Positions 1 to 9,255 of a stretch of DNA of 32,000 bases are shown here, in pieces. Source of the DNA: Halomicrobium mukohataei DSM 12286 (GTDB lineage Archaea; Halobacteriota; Halobacteria; Halobacteriales; Haloarculaceae). The notes under the pieces were generated by a model. It was not told the origin of the DNA. It saw only the letters and a list, made by a program, of their open reading frames with translations, and made no database searches. How positions within the stretch are numbered: the first letter of the stretch is position 1; each line of letters begins with the position of its first letter. The stretch spans positions 360,001-392,000 of the forward strand of contig NC_013202.1 of assembly GCF_000023965.1 (NCBI RefSeq), given 5' to 3'. Both the position numbers and the translations under genes were made by a program.

Positions 1-1006
1 ACGCCGACGCCTCCGTGAACCAGGCCGTCCGACTCGTGGGCGTGAACGCCTGCCGGGTGTGGACGTACTCGTGGAGCCAGGCGTTGTCCGGCTGGTCGAG
101 CGTCTCGGCGTCCCGGACCCAGGCGTCGGTGTCGCCGGTCTGGACGCCCCGGACGCCCCACTCGACGGAGCCCGTGGGCGCGGCGATCAGGAACACCGTC
201 TCGTCGCGGTCCCCGACCCGCAACGCGTCGGAGCTGTCGGCCAGCGCGTCGAGGATCGCCGACGGCGGCTCCGACAGCGTCGCGGCCGCCGGGACGACCA
301 GCCGGAACCGCTGGCCGTGGGCGGTCCGCTCGTGCAGTTCGTGCTCGCCGAGGTAGACGAGCCACTCCCCGGCCGCGCCGGGACCAGCCGTCGACGAGCC
401 GCGGTCGAACACGATCGGCGTCCCGCCAGTCGCCTCCCAGTAGGTCGGCGTCGGCGGGCGTTCGAACAGCGCCCACTCGCCCGTGCCCGCGTACAGCGCG
501 CGGCCGTCGCTCGCCTGTGGCCCCGTCCGGTCGATGGTCTCGTTGATCCGGTAGTCGTAGGTCAGCGTCGGCTGCTGTGTCGTGGCACGCCAGCGAAAGT
601 GGGTCTCGTTGTCGCGGGCGAATCCCTGCCGGGAGACGAAAGTGGCTCCGTCGGGAAGCGCGGCCCGCATGGAGACGACGCGTGCGGGGACGCTGTAGGT
701 CAGTCGGACCCGAACCGTGCCGGGGCGCTCGGGCAGGCGCTGGAATCGCTGGGTGAGTCCCAGCGTCCCGTCGTCCTGCTGGCCGGTGTCGCTGCCGGCG
801 GTGTCGCCCACGCCGAGACCGAACTGGCCGACGCCGGCAGACAGCTGCTTGGGCGGCGATCCCGATCGGTCCGCCGACGCCGGCACGTCGGTGTCGACGG
901 TCGTCTCGACGGCGGACGAGTCGGCGACGGTGATCGCGGGGGCGATGCTCCCCGAGAGCACCACCACGACCAGCACCGCGACGACACCACGCGTCACCTC
1001 GCCCAT
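1..1006 (-). CDS. Secreted or membrane-anchored putative zinc metallopeptidase (HExxH, gluzincin-like); C-terminus lies beyond the window edge
   Basis: Stop-free reverse frame running off the left edge, absent from the supplied ORF track. ATG at 1006..1004. Translation MGEVTRGVVAVLVVVVLSGSIAPAITVADSS... gives an N-terminal hydrophobic anchor or signal. Strong GC3 bias. Near position 60 it encodes NAWLHEYVHTRQAFTPTSRTAWFTEASA (HExxH plus a downstream WFxE). The + ORF 59..1042 is Arg-rich antisense. Confidence 0.6.
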   Translation of the reverse strand, partial: MGEVTRGVVAVLVVVVLSGSIAPAITVADSSAVETTVDTDVPASADRSGSPPKQLSAGVGQFGLGVGDTAGSDTGQQDDGTLGLTQRFQRLPERPGTVRVRLTYSVPARVVSMRAALPDGATFVSRQGFARDNETHFRWRATTQQPTLTYDYRINETIDRTGPQASDGRALYAGTGEWALFERPPTPTYWEATGGTPIVFDRGSSTAGPGAAGEWLVYLGEHELHERTAHGQRFRLVVPAAATLSEPPSAILDALADSSDALRVGDRDETVFLIAAPTGSVEWGVRGVQTGDTDAWVRDAETLDQPDNAWLHEYVHTRQAFTPTSRTAWFTEASA

Positions 1007-1108
1007 TTACCACTTGTTGCACACCACCCGACAAATAGCTGACCCGTGGGAACACGGACCAATCTGCGACCCACAACCCTTAGGCACCCGTCGCTCCCAG
1101 GGGCGGGT

Positions 1109-3853
1109 ATGACAGAGGCGACGGGTATCGTCGGCGAGTTCCTCTCGCTGAAGGCGGACAGTGACGCGGATCTGCTGGCGATGCAGTGTGGCGACTTCTA
1201 CGAGTTCTTCGACGAGGACGCCGAGATCGTCGCCGACGAGCTCGACCTGAAGGTGAGTCAGAAGTCCTCCCACGGCGCTTCGTACCCGATGGCGGGCGTG
1301 CCGGTCGACGACCTGACCCCCTACGTCTCCGCGCTGGTCGAGCGGGGCTACCGGGTCGCCGTCGCCGACCAGCACGAGACGGCGGACGGACACGCCCGCG
1401 AGATCACGCGCGTCGTGACGCCGGGAACCCACCTGGAGACGACCGACGACGCCGCCCAGTACCTCGCTGCCGTCGTCGGTACCGGCGGCGACTCGTCGGA
1501 CCCAGTGGCGGGAGCCGACGGCAGCTACGGGCTGGCCGTGGCCGACGTGACTACCGGCCAGTTCCACGTGACCCAACTCGACGGCCCGGACGCTCGCACG
1601 CGGATTCAGACGGAGCTGTACAAGTTCGACCCCGCGGAGGTGTTGCCCGGCCCCGACCTGCGTGGCGACGACGACTTCCTCGATCGCCTGCGCGAGCGGA
1701 CCGACGCGGCGCTGACGGTCCACACCGAGGAGTCGTTCGCGCCCGGACGAGCGCGCCACCGCGTTCGCGACCACTTCGGCCCCGAGACCGTCGACAGCGT
1801 CGGTATCGCCGACGACGACGCGGCCATCTGTGCCGCCGGTGCCGTCCTGTCCTACGTCGAGGACACCGGCGTCGGGACGCTGGCCTCGATCACGCGCCTG
1901 CAGTCCTACGGCGCGACCGACCACGTCAATCTGGACGCGACGACCCAGCGCAACCTCGAACTGACCGAGACGATGCAGGGCGGGACCGACGGCTCGCTGT
2001 TCGATACGATCGACCACACGGCGACGGCTGCCGGCGCACGCCTGCTCCGGGAGTGGCTCCAGCGGCCACGCAGAGATCGCGCCGAGCTGACGCGACGCCA
2101 GTCCTGTATCGCCGCGCTGACCGAGGCAGCGATGGCTCGCGAACAGCTCTGTGAGACGCTCTCGGACGCGTACGACCTCGAACGACTCGCGTCGAAGGCG
2201 GTCTCGGGCAGCGCCGACGCCCGCGACCTGCGCGCGGTCGCGGGGACGCTGTCCCTGCTGGAAACGGTCGAAGACGTGATCGACGAGGACGACCGACTGG
2301 CCGACTCGCCGCTGGCCGACGCCCTCGATCGGCTCGACCGCGAGGTCGTCGCCGACCTCGCCGCGGAACTGGACGCCGCCCTCGTCGACGACCCGCCGGG
2401 GACGGTCCGCCAGGGAGGCCTCTTCTGCCGGGGGTACGACGAGGAACTGGACGCGGTGATCGAGCGCCACGAGGACGCGCTGGAGTGGCTGGAGACGCTG
2501 CCCGACCGCGAGAAAGAGACGACCGGCATCACGCACCTCTCGGTCGACCGCAACAAGACCGACGGCTACTACATCCAGGTCGGCAAGAGCGAGGCCGACG
2601 ACGTGCCCGACCGCTACGAGGGGATCAAGGAACTGAAGAACTCGAAGCGGTTCACGACCGACGAACTGCAGGAGAGAGAGCGGGCGGTGTTCCGCCTCGA
2701 AGAACAGCGCCACGAGATGGAGTACGAACTGTTCGGCGACCTGCGGGAGCGAGTCGCCGAGGACGCCACGCTCCTGCAGGACGCGGGCCGCGTGCTGGCC
2801 GAACTGGACGCGGTGGCGTCGCTGGCGATCCACGCCGTCCGCAACGACTGGACGCGTCCGGAACTCACCGACGGCCGCGAACTCGACGTGGAAGCGGGCC
2901 GGCACCCCGTCGTCGAGCAGACCACGGAGTTCGTTCCCAACGACCTCCGGATGGACGGGGCGACTTCGCCGCCGGACCAAGAGCGTGCCAGCGGGCACGC
3001 GGACGCGGATCGTCAGTTCCTGATCGTCACCGGCCCCAACATGAGCGGCAAGTCGACGTACATGCGACAGGCCGCGCTGATCACGCTGCTGGCACAGGTC
3101 GGCAGTTTCGTCCCCGCACGCGCGGCGACGGTCGGACTCGTCGACGGGATCTACACCCGCGTCGGCGCGCTGGACGAACTCGCACAGGGCCGGTCGACGT
3201 TCATGGTCGAGATGCAGGAACTCAGCAACATCCTCCACTCCGCGACCGACGACTCGCTGGTGATACTCGACGAGGTGGGCCGTGGCACCGCGACCTACGA
3301 CGGCATCTCGATCGCCTGGGCGGCGACCGAGTACCTGCACAACGAGGTCCGGGCGAAGACCCTCTTTGCGACACACTACCACGAGCTGACCTCGCTCGCC
3401 GACCACCTCGACCGCGTCCACAACGTCCACGTCGCTGCCGACGAGTCCGACGGTGACGTGACCTTCCTCCGGACGGTGCGAGACGGGCCGACCGACCGCT
3501 CCTACGGGATCCACGTCGCCGACCTGGCGGGCGTCCCAGAGCCCGTCGTCGACCGCTCCCGGACGGTGCTCGATCGCCTGCGCGAAGAGAAGGCCATCGA
3601 GGCGAAAGGCAGCGGGTCGTCCGAACCCGTCCAGACCGTCTTCGACGTGAACGCGGGCGGGTTCAAACGCGCCGACGAGAGCGAGACGGCCACCGCCGAC
3701 GGTGGAACGGCGGCCGAGGCGTCGGACGGGGGACTGGACCCCGAAACCGAGGCCGTCGTCGAGGAACTGACCGAACTCGACGTCAACGAGACGCCGCCGG
3801 TCGAGCTGCTGGCGACGGTCCAGCAGTGGCAAGAGCAACTGGACGACGGCTGA
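1109..3853 (+). CDS. mutS: DNA mismatch repair protein MutS (bacterial MutS1 type)
   Basis: ORF 1046..3853, with start moved to the in-frame ATG at 1109 (MTEATGIVGEFLSLK). Motifs: GDFYEFF (Phe-X-Glu mismatch motif), Walker A GPNMSGKST, ILDEVGRGT, THYHEL. Acidic C-terminal tail. Confidence 0.95.
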   Translation: MTEATGIVGEFLSLKADSDADLLAMQCGDFYEFFDEDAEIVADELDLKVSQKSSHGASYPMAGVPVDDLTPYVSALVERGYRVAVADQHETADGHAREITRVVTPGTHLETTDDAAQYLAAVVGTGGDSSDPVAGADGSYGLAVADVTTGQFHVTQLDGPDARTRIQTELYKFDPAEVLPGPDLRGDDDFLDRLRERTDAALTVHTEESFAPGRARHRVRDHFGPETVDSVGIADDDAAICAAGAVLSYVEDTGVGTLASITRLQSYGATDHVNLDATTQRNLELTETMQGGTDGSLFDTIDHTATAAGARLLREWLQRPRRDRAELTRRQSCIAALTEAAMAREQLCETLSDAYDLERLASKAVSGSADARDLRAVAGTLSLLETVEDVIDEDDRLADSPLADALDRLDREVVADLAAELDAALVDDPPGTVRQGGLFCRGYDEELDAVIERHEDALEWLETLPDREKETTGITHLSVDRNKTDGYYIQVGKSEADDVPDRYEGIKELKNSKRFTTDELQERERAVFRLEEQRHEMEYELFGDLRERVAEDATLLQDAGRVLAELDAVASLAIHAVRNDWTRPELTDGRELDVEAGRHPVVEQTTEFVPNDLRMDGATSPPDQERASGHADADRQFLIVTGPNMSGKSTYMRQAALITLLAQVGSFVPARAATVGLVDGIYTRVGALDELAQGRSTFMVEMQELSNILHSATDDSLVILDEVGRGTATYDGISIAWAATEYLHNEVRAKTLFATHYHELTSLADHLDRVHNVHVAADESDGDVTFLRTVRDGPTDRSYGIHVADLAGVPEPVVDRSRTVLDRLREEKAIEAKGSGSSEPVQTVFDVNAGGFKRADESETATADGGTAAEASDGGLDPETEAVVEELTELDVNETPPVELLATVQQWQEQLDDG

Positions 3854-3869
3854 CGCGAGCAGCGATCAC

Positions 3870-4505
3870 CTATCGTCGACCGTCTACTCTCGTCCCCACG
3901 ATCGGGACGTGCTGGTACTCGATTCCGTCCCGGTCGTCCAGTGGTCGACGGAGCCGGAGGATCGCCGTCCTGCGGCCCCGTTCCTCGTAGGGCAGCTCCT
4001 CGACCACCTCGAAGCCGAGCTTCTCGTAGAGCCGGCGGGCCGTGCGGTTGTCCGGATCGACGATCAGCGTGAGCGCCTCGCGGTCTGCGACGGCCGCCGC
4101 CGCGACGACGTGCTTGCTCAGTTCGGTCCCGATGCCCCGTCCCTGGTAGTCCTGGTGGACGAAGACGGCGAACTCCGGCTCGGCGTCGTCGGTCGGCGTG
4201 TACAGCGCGTGGCCGACGATGCCGGTCTCCCCGACCACGAGGAAGTTACACCCCTCGTCGAGCAGGCCGTCGAGCCAGCCGGCGATCCGCGAGCGCTTCC
4301 GTGGGGGCAATCCCTGTGCCGCCTGTCCCGGCGCGAAGTCGTCGTACATGTCGACGAGGGCCTCGTGGTCGCCGTCGGCCGCCGGGCGGATCACCCAGGA
4401 CGAACCCTCCCGGTCGACGAATCGTGGACACCGCGGCGGGCAGTGTCGCGTCCCCTCGCACTCGCCTGGGTCCCAGTACCGGCAGACGCGGTCTGTCTGG
4501 TCCAT
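3870..4505 (-). CDS. GNAT family N-acetyltransferase with Cys-rich N-terminal extension
   Basis: 211-aa ORF with acetyl-CoA motif QGRGIGTELSKHVV. The N-terminus carries CRYWDPGECEGTRHCPPRCPRF (5 Cys + 1 His in 21 residues). Confidence 0.8.
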   Translation of the reverse strand: MDQTDRVCRYWDPGECEGTRHCPPRCPRFVDREGSSWVIRPAADGDHEALVDMYDDFAPGQAAQGLPPRKRSRIAGWLDGLLDEGCNFLVVGETGIVGHALYTPTDDAEPEFAVFVHQDYQGRGIGTELSKHVVAAAAVADREALTLIVDPDNRTARRLYEKLGFEVVEELPYEERGRRTAILRLRRPLDDRDGIEYQHVPIVGTRVDGRR

Positions 4506-4564
4506 GGCTGACTCTCTGTCGTCCCCAGTTAAAAGGAGGGGACTGCGCTCTCAGTCGCTGGGAA

Positions 4565-5128
4565 TCACTCCTCGACCAGCGCCTTCGCTGCCGCCACGTC
4601 CCGGAGGCTGGTCGTCGCGGCGTCCAGCACTCCCGTCAGCGTCTCCAGCGAGATGGGGCGAAAGTCCAGCAGCTCACAGCTCACGTTGACCCGCTGTTCC
4701 GCGGGTGCGACGAAGGGGTGGGTCTCCGGGTCGTTGTTGTGGATGTGGCCGTGGATCACCCAGTTGTCCCAGTCGTCGGGCACGTCCTCCGGGCGGTGCG
4801 TGCAGTAGAATCGGTAGTCGCCGTGTTCGAGCACACACGAGTCGAGCACCGGGAACGGAGCCGCGGCGGGATCGAGCCCAACGTCGTGGTTGCCCTGCAA
4901 CAGGAGATCCCCGCCCAGCTGTTGGAAGTACTCGATCGTCTCTCGACCGTCCCGCATATCCATAGCCACGTCGCCGAGGTGGACGAGCAGGTCGTCGGGA
5001 TCGACCGTCTCGTAGTGGCGATCGAGCAGCGCGCTGTCCATCTCGCCGACCGACGTGAACGGCCGGTCACAGTACTCGATGATGTTCGAGTGTCCGAAGT
5101 GATGATCGGAGATGACGTACCGGGCCAT
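4565..5128 (-). CDS. Metallophosphoesterase (calcineurin-like)
   Basis: 187-aa ORF with motifs SDHHFGH, GDVAMD, GNHD, GHIHNN. Confidence 0.85.
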   Translation of the reverse strand: MARYVISDHHFGHSNIIEYCDRPFTSVGEMDSALLDRHYETVDPDDLLVHLGDVAMDMRDGRETIEYFQQLGGDLLLQGNHDVGLDPAAAPFPVLDSCVLEHGDYRFYCTHRPEDVPDDWDNWVIHGHIHNNDPETHPFVAPAEQRVNVSCELLDFRPISLETLTGVLDAATTSLRDVAAAKALVEE

Positions 5129-5235
5129 GGTCCATAGCGCCGGGCGAGGACCCTAACAGTTCGGGTCGATCGTGGGATGCTACCACGCGTCGACGAGCCG
5201 GCACCCTTTCGACGCGGAGCCCCGAAGGGCGTCGT

Positions 5236-5907
5236 ATGCGGATCGGACTGCTCTCAGACGTCCACGGGAACCGCCCGGCTCTCGACGCGGTCCTCGACGA
5301 TCTGCCGCCCGTCGACGAACTGGTCTGTGTCGGCGACGTGGTCGGCTACAATCCCTGGCCCGCCGAGTGTCTCGAACGGGTCCGCGAGACGTGCTCTGTC
5401 GTCGTCCAGGGCAACCACGACCGCACCGTCGAGACTCCAGAGCGGTACGCGCACAACGAGATGGCACGGGCGGGACTCGAACGCGCCAGGCGGGCGCTCG
5501 ACGACGAGCAACGCGAGTGGCTCGCCGACCGCCCGCCCCGGACGACCATCGACGGCGGACGGTACCGACTGGCCCACAGCCACCCGGACCCGGACCAGCT
5601 GGGCACCTACGTCCGCCCGCGGCAGTTCCCGGAACTGCGGCCCTACCTCGACGACCACGACGGCATCGTCGTCGGCCACACCCACGTCCAGCACGAAGCG
5701 ACGGTCGACGACCGCCTGATCGTCAATCCGGGAAGCGTCGGCCAGCCACGCGACGGAGATCCGCGGGCGGCCTACGCCGTCCTCGACACCGACGACGACA
5801 GCGTCGAACTCCGCCGCGTCCAGTACGACATCGACCGAGTCATCTCGAAAGTCGAGGCGCTCGACAGGCCCCGACGACTCGGAATCCGGCTGCTCGACGG
5901 ATCCTGA
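5236..5907 (+). CDS. Metallophosphoesterase (YfcE/MJ0936-like)
   Basis: 223-aa ORF with motifs LSDVHGN, GDVVGYNP, GNHD, GHTH. Divergent from the preceding phosphoesterase gene. Confidence 0.85.
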   Translation: MRIGLLSDVHGNRPALDAVLDDLPPVDELVCVGDVVGYNPWPAECLERVRETCSVVVQGNHDRTVETPERYAHNEMARAGLERARRALDDEQREWLADRPPRTTIDGGRYRLAHSHPDPDQLGTYVRPRQFPELRPYLDDHDGIVVGHTHVQHEATVDDRLIVNPGSVGQPRDGDPRAAYAVLDTDDDSVELRRVQYDIDRVISKVEALDRPRRLGIRLLDGS

Positions 5908-6121
5908 CACTTCGGCTCTGTGTCTGGGACGCATCTCTCGATCTCGGAGTGGCGAGCGTCTCCAGACAGTGACAGTCAGCGCGACAGAGACAGCCGCGAA
6001 AATCGTCGAAACAGTCCCGCGACCGGGCGGCGAGTCGAGCGAGGCAAAGCGGCCTCGTTCTCGGACGGACTACTGTCGCCGTTTGCCCGGTCGATCGGAT
6101 AAAGGCGGACAATGAGCCGTA

Positions 6122-6415
6122 TCAGTCGGCGGGCATCTCGGTGCGGTCGGCGGCGTCGGTGGCCATCGGCGTGACGAGCTTGTAGGCACCCCAGACGGCC
6201 AGCACGAGCAGCGCGGCGATGACGATCCCGGTTCGCAGCGTCGGGTCGATCAGCGGCGTCGCGATCACTTCACCGGCGTCGTTGGTCAGCGCGGTCGGGC
6301 TGTAGGGTTTGCCCGCCAGCAGTTCCAGCACGCCCATGACGACGATGCCCAGCACGAACAGGGCACCGCTCAGTCCCAGCGCGATGCGGTCGACGATCGT
6401 TGTGGTGTCAGTCAT
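6122..6415 (-). CDS. Small membrane protein (2 predicted TM helices)
   Basis: 97-aa ORF with two hydrophobic stretches (LSGALFVLGIVVMGVLELL, IVIAALLVLAVWGAY). Lies 14 nt downstream of the DoxX gene on the same strand. Confidence 0.6.
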   Translation of the reverse strand: MTDTTTIVDRIALGLSGALFVLGIVVMGVLELLAGKPYSPTALTNDAGEVIATPLIDPTLRTGIVIAALLVLAVWGAYKLVTPMATDAADRTEMPAD

Positions 6416-6429
6416 TGTCGGTCACCTCG

Positions 6430-6954
6430 TTAGCCGAGGATGTAGCGCAGTTTCGGGTGGCGTTGCACCAGTTTCGTCTGCTCGACGATGGCGTCGAGGC
6501 CGTAGTACCGGCCCGCGCCCAGCACGATCACGGTCAGGAACAACAGCAGCCCCATCAGGTCGCTGTTGACCAGGCCGTGGCCGAACTCGGCGTTGCCGAT
6601 CCAGAACAGGGTCATGAAGATGACCCCGCCGATGGACGCCAGTCGCGTCAGCAGGCCGGCCATCAGCGCCAGCCCGATCAGCGTCTCGAACAGCGGGACG
6701 CCGGGCGCGATCAACCACGCCAGGTTGTTGCCCATCCAGACCGGGATCGGCCCCAGGGCCGTGCCCGTCATCTCCTGCATGTACATCGGCCCGTAGCTGT
6801 AGGCCAGCCCGTCCTCGACGAGCTTGGTCACGCCCGCGTGGAAGAACCACCAGCCCGTGATGACCCGCAGCAGGGCCAGCCAGTAGCTCGTCAGCGGCCC
6901 GTCTAACTCGAGCTCGAAGTCCGTCGCCAGTGGGTTCGCCGTGTTGGTTGCCAT
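6430..6954 (-). CDS. DoxX family membrane protein
   Basis: 174-aa polytopic ORF. RVITGWWFFHAGVTKL is typical of the DoxX family. Confidence 0.75.
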   Translation of the reverse strand: MATNTANPLATDFELELDGPLTSYWLALLRVITGWWFFHAGVTKLVEDGLAYSYGPMYMQEMTGTALGPIPVWMGNNLAWLIAPGVPLFETLIGLALMAGLLTRLASIGGVIFMTLFWIGNAEFGHGLVNSDLMGLLLFLTVIVLGAGRYYGLDAIVEQTKLVQRHPKLRYILG

Positions 6955-7021
6955 AATCTCTCCCTCACATGTACGAGTTGGCGTTGATACGAGATATAAC
7001 AGGCCGCGTGTTCCCAGCGGG

Positions 7022-7049
7022 TGAAAAGCGCTCTCAGATTCCGAGAGCG
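7022..7049 (-). terminator. Stem-loop plus T-tract downstream of the 7078..7548 gene
   Basis: The reverse strand reads CGCTCTC-GGAATCT-GAGAGCG followed by CTTTTC, 29 nt after the stop codon of the acidic protein gene. Confidence 0.35.
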
Positions 7050-7077
7050 GGAAGCGAGTGAGACCGCTCGGGTGCCG

Positions 7078-7548
7078 TCACTCCTCGCGGTCGCCGTAGG
7101 CTACGTCCTCGTCGTCGAAGAAGCCGAAGTCGTCGTCGTCCCGGAGGACGTAGTCGTTTTCCAGCACCTCGGAGACGATCCGGCCCAGCGAGTCGAGCGC
7201 CATGTCGATCCCGTCCGGATCGTCGAGAGCGTACTCGTCGGCGGCGTCGTCGGGGAGTTCGGGAGCGCGGTAACCGACCTCGTCGCTGGCGGGGTCCCAG
7301 TAGAAGTCGAAGGCCTCGATCAGGTCGAGCCGTTCGACGACCGCGAACTCCGCCGTCGAGAGCCCGGCACTGGTCGTCCACTCCTCGAACGCATCCTGCC
7401 AGGTACCGGCCTGGAAGAACCCCTCGACCTCCTCGCGGCGGTAGTCGTCGCTCGTGTCGACGATCTCGTTGTCGATGGCTTCGTACTCGCCTCTGGTCTG
7501 TGGCCCGGACAGCGACGGCGGATCTGGAACGGGAACGTCGAGTGCCAT
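7078..7548 (-). CDS. Highly acidic hypothetical protein
   Basis: 156-aa ORF with GC3-biased, Asp/Glu-rich composition typical of haloarchaeal cytoplasmic proteins. No motif recognised. Confidence 0.7.
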   Translation of the reverse strand: MALDVPVPDPPSLSGPQTRGEYEAIDNEIVDTSDDYRREEVEGFFQAGTWQDAFEEWTTSAGLSTAEFAVVERLDLIEAFDFYWDPASDEVGYRAPELPDDAADEYALDDPDGIDMALDSLGRIVSEVLENDYVLRDDDDFGFFDDEDVAYGDREE

Positions 7549-7632
7549 AGATAGTTGTTGTCTCTACAACAGTATAGCACCTCCGGCACACAGGCCAGAA
7601 GGTTCTCAAGTGGCGACCAGAGAGGGGCATGT

Positions 7633-8460
7633 ATGAGACACGTCGGACTGAAAGCCCGGATGGCGTTCGTGGGGTCGCTGCTGTTTGGCTTCTACGCGGT
7701 CGCCGCGGTAGTGCTGATGGGGCTGTTCGGCGAGAGCGCGCTCCCGCTGATCCTCGTCGGGAGCGTCCTCTTCGTCGGCATCCAGTACAAGATCGGTAAG
7801 TGGGCGGCCCTGCGCAGCGTCGGCGCGGAGGACCTGCCAGAGGACCGCTTCCCCCAGATCCACAAGCAAGTCGAGTACCTCTCGACGGACATGGGCATCG
7901 AGAAACCGCGGCTGATGGTCGCGCGGATGGGCGTGCCCAACGCCTTCGCCGTCGGCCGCAAGGGTGCCGGGACGGTCGTCGTCAGCGAGGAACTGCTCCA
8001 GCTCCTCGACGCAGACGAGGTCGAGGGCGTCCTCGCTCACGAGCTGGCTCACATCCGCAACCGCGACGTAGTGATGATGGTGCTTGGCCAGGGGATCGCC
8101 TCGATCGTCGCCATCGCCGCCCAGTGGATCGTCCTGCTGACCGGCGACAACGACCTGGCCGACTTCTTCCTGGCTATCGTGGTCGGACAGATCGTCCAGA
8201 TGATCGTGATGGTGTTCGTGCTGGCGATCTCTCGCTACCGGGAGTACGTCGCCGACAGCGACGCTGCAGCGGAGGTCGGCGGCGAACCGCTGGCCAGCGC
8301 GCTGGAGAAGATCTCGCGTGGGAGCGAGCGCGCCCAGGATTCCGCGATCGACGAGCAGGTCAGCGCACTGTGTATCTTCGGCGAGGAGCGCGGCCTGCTG
8401 GCCACGCTCTTTGCCTCGCACCCGCCCGTCGAGAAGCGCATCGAGCGGCTCCGCAACTGA
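7633..8460 (+). CDS. htpX: Zinc metalloprotease HtpX homolog (peptidase M48)
   Basis: ORF 7555..8460, with start moved to ATG 7633 (MRHVGLKARMAF). TM helices, HELAHIRNRD (HExxH), C-terminal SHPPVEKRIERL. Confidence 0.9.
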   Translation: MRHVGLKARMAFVGSLLFGFYAVAAVVLMGLFGESALPLILVGSVLFVGIQYKIGKWAALRSVGAEDLPEDRFPQIHKQVEYLSTDMGIEKPRLMVARMGVPNAFAVGRKGAGTVVVSEELLQLLDADEVEGVLAHELAHIRNRDVVMMVLGQGIASIVAIAAQWIVLLTGDNDLADFFLAIVVGQIVQMIVMVFVLAISRYREYVADSDAAAEVGGEPLASALEKISRGSERAQDSAIDEQVSALCIFGEERGLLATLFASHPPVEKRIERLRN

Positions 8461-8461
8461 G

Positions 8462-8698
8462 ATGGACACCCGTACCGTCCTGGCGGCCGTCCTCGGCGTC
8501 GGCCTGGGGCTCGTCTTCCTGGCCGCGCCGGGAGCCGTCCGGACCGCCTACAGCGTCGGACGGAGCCCCCAGGACCGTCGCGGCGAGTACGGCTCGGCCG
8601 AGCGTGCTGGGCGTCGGGTCCACTCGCTGATCCGGGCGGTCGGCGCGGCCTTCGTCCTCGTGGGGCTGTACGTCGGCTGGCAGGCGCTCGCGGTCTGA
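8462..8698 (+). CDS. Small membrane protein (2 TM), translationally coupled to htpX
   Basis: The ATG lies 1 nt after the htpX stop. MDTRTVLAAVLGVGLGLVFLAAPG...AVGAAFVLVGLYVGWQALAV. In frame with the listed ORF 8318..8698. Confidence 0.55.
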   Translation: MDTRTVLAAVLGVGLGLVFLAAPGAVRTAYSVGRSPQDRRGEYGSAERAGRRVHSLIRAVGAAFVLVGLYVGWQALAV

Positions 8699-8721
8699 GG
8701 TCGGTCCCGCTAGCGGCGCGA

Positions 8722-9174
8722 TCAGTTCTTCTGAACCTCTGTCGGCGGCAGATCGCCCGGTCCGTCGGCCTCGACCCAGTTTTCCTCGGCGAGGACGAGC
8801 CGAGAGATCACCGCGGCCACGTCGCGGGCCGTCGCCTCCCGCTGGAAGAAGGAGACGTTGCCGAGTGACGCGCCGATCGACCGGCTCACTTCGACGGTCG
8901 CGAGCGCCTCGTCGCCGACGACGTCCTCGACTGTGCGGGTCACGCGCTCGTTGAGTTCCTTGCGCATCGGCTCGGAGAGTTCGTAGCCCGCCGGCAGGAG
9001 ATCGTAGGTGATCGCGTACCCCTCCTCGTACCGTTCGACGGCGAAGAAGGGCGTCGATTCGGCCTCGGCCTCGTAGTAGGCGTCGTCGCGCGCCTGCTGG
9101 TCCTCGTACAGTGGCACGTCGGATGGATCGAATCCTGCTGGCACACGAGAGCGTACTCGATACGGCATTATCAA
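8722..9174 (-). CDS. Acidic hypothetical protein
   Basis: 150-aa ORF with good GC3 bias and acidic composition. Divergent from mutL. Confidence 0.7.
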   Translation of the reverse strand: MIMPYRVRSRVPAGFDPSDVPLYEDQQARDDAYYEAEAESTPFFAVERYEEGYAITYDLLPAGYELSEPMRKELNERVTRTVEDVVGDEALATVEVSRSIGASLGNVSFFQREATARDVAAVISRLVLAEENWVEADGPGDLPPTEVQKN

Positions 9175-9255
9175 CCTGTTCCCGGCGGGAGACGACGTGG
9201 CAACCGGACACCGGAGCCCGCAGGCTCAAGGCGCTCCCGCCAGTACGAGGGGACA

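Noticed and set aside
1080-1093. TTAGGC half-site upstream of mutS
   Set aside because: Only one half of the dyad is present (TTAGGCACCCGTCG). There is no GCCTAA partner, so I did not count it as an operator.
1007-3838. 943-aa reverse ORF opposite mutS, and similar long ORFs (59..1042 +, 8360..9346 -, 9111..10442 +, 10417..11604 -, 12185..13237 -, 13286..14398 -, 14855..16057 -, 18377..20143 +, 20352..21158 -, 21229..22203 -, 23224..24195 -, 26221..27744 -, 28098..29009 +)
   Set aside because: These are Arg/Pro/Gly/Ser-rich basic translations lying antisense to or out of frame with genes that have clear motifs and an acidic, GC3-biased composition. Long stop-free alternative frames are expected at this GC content.
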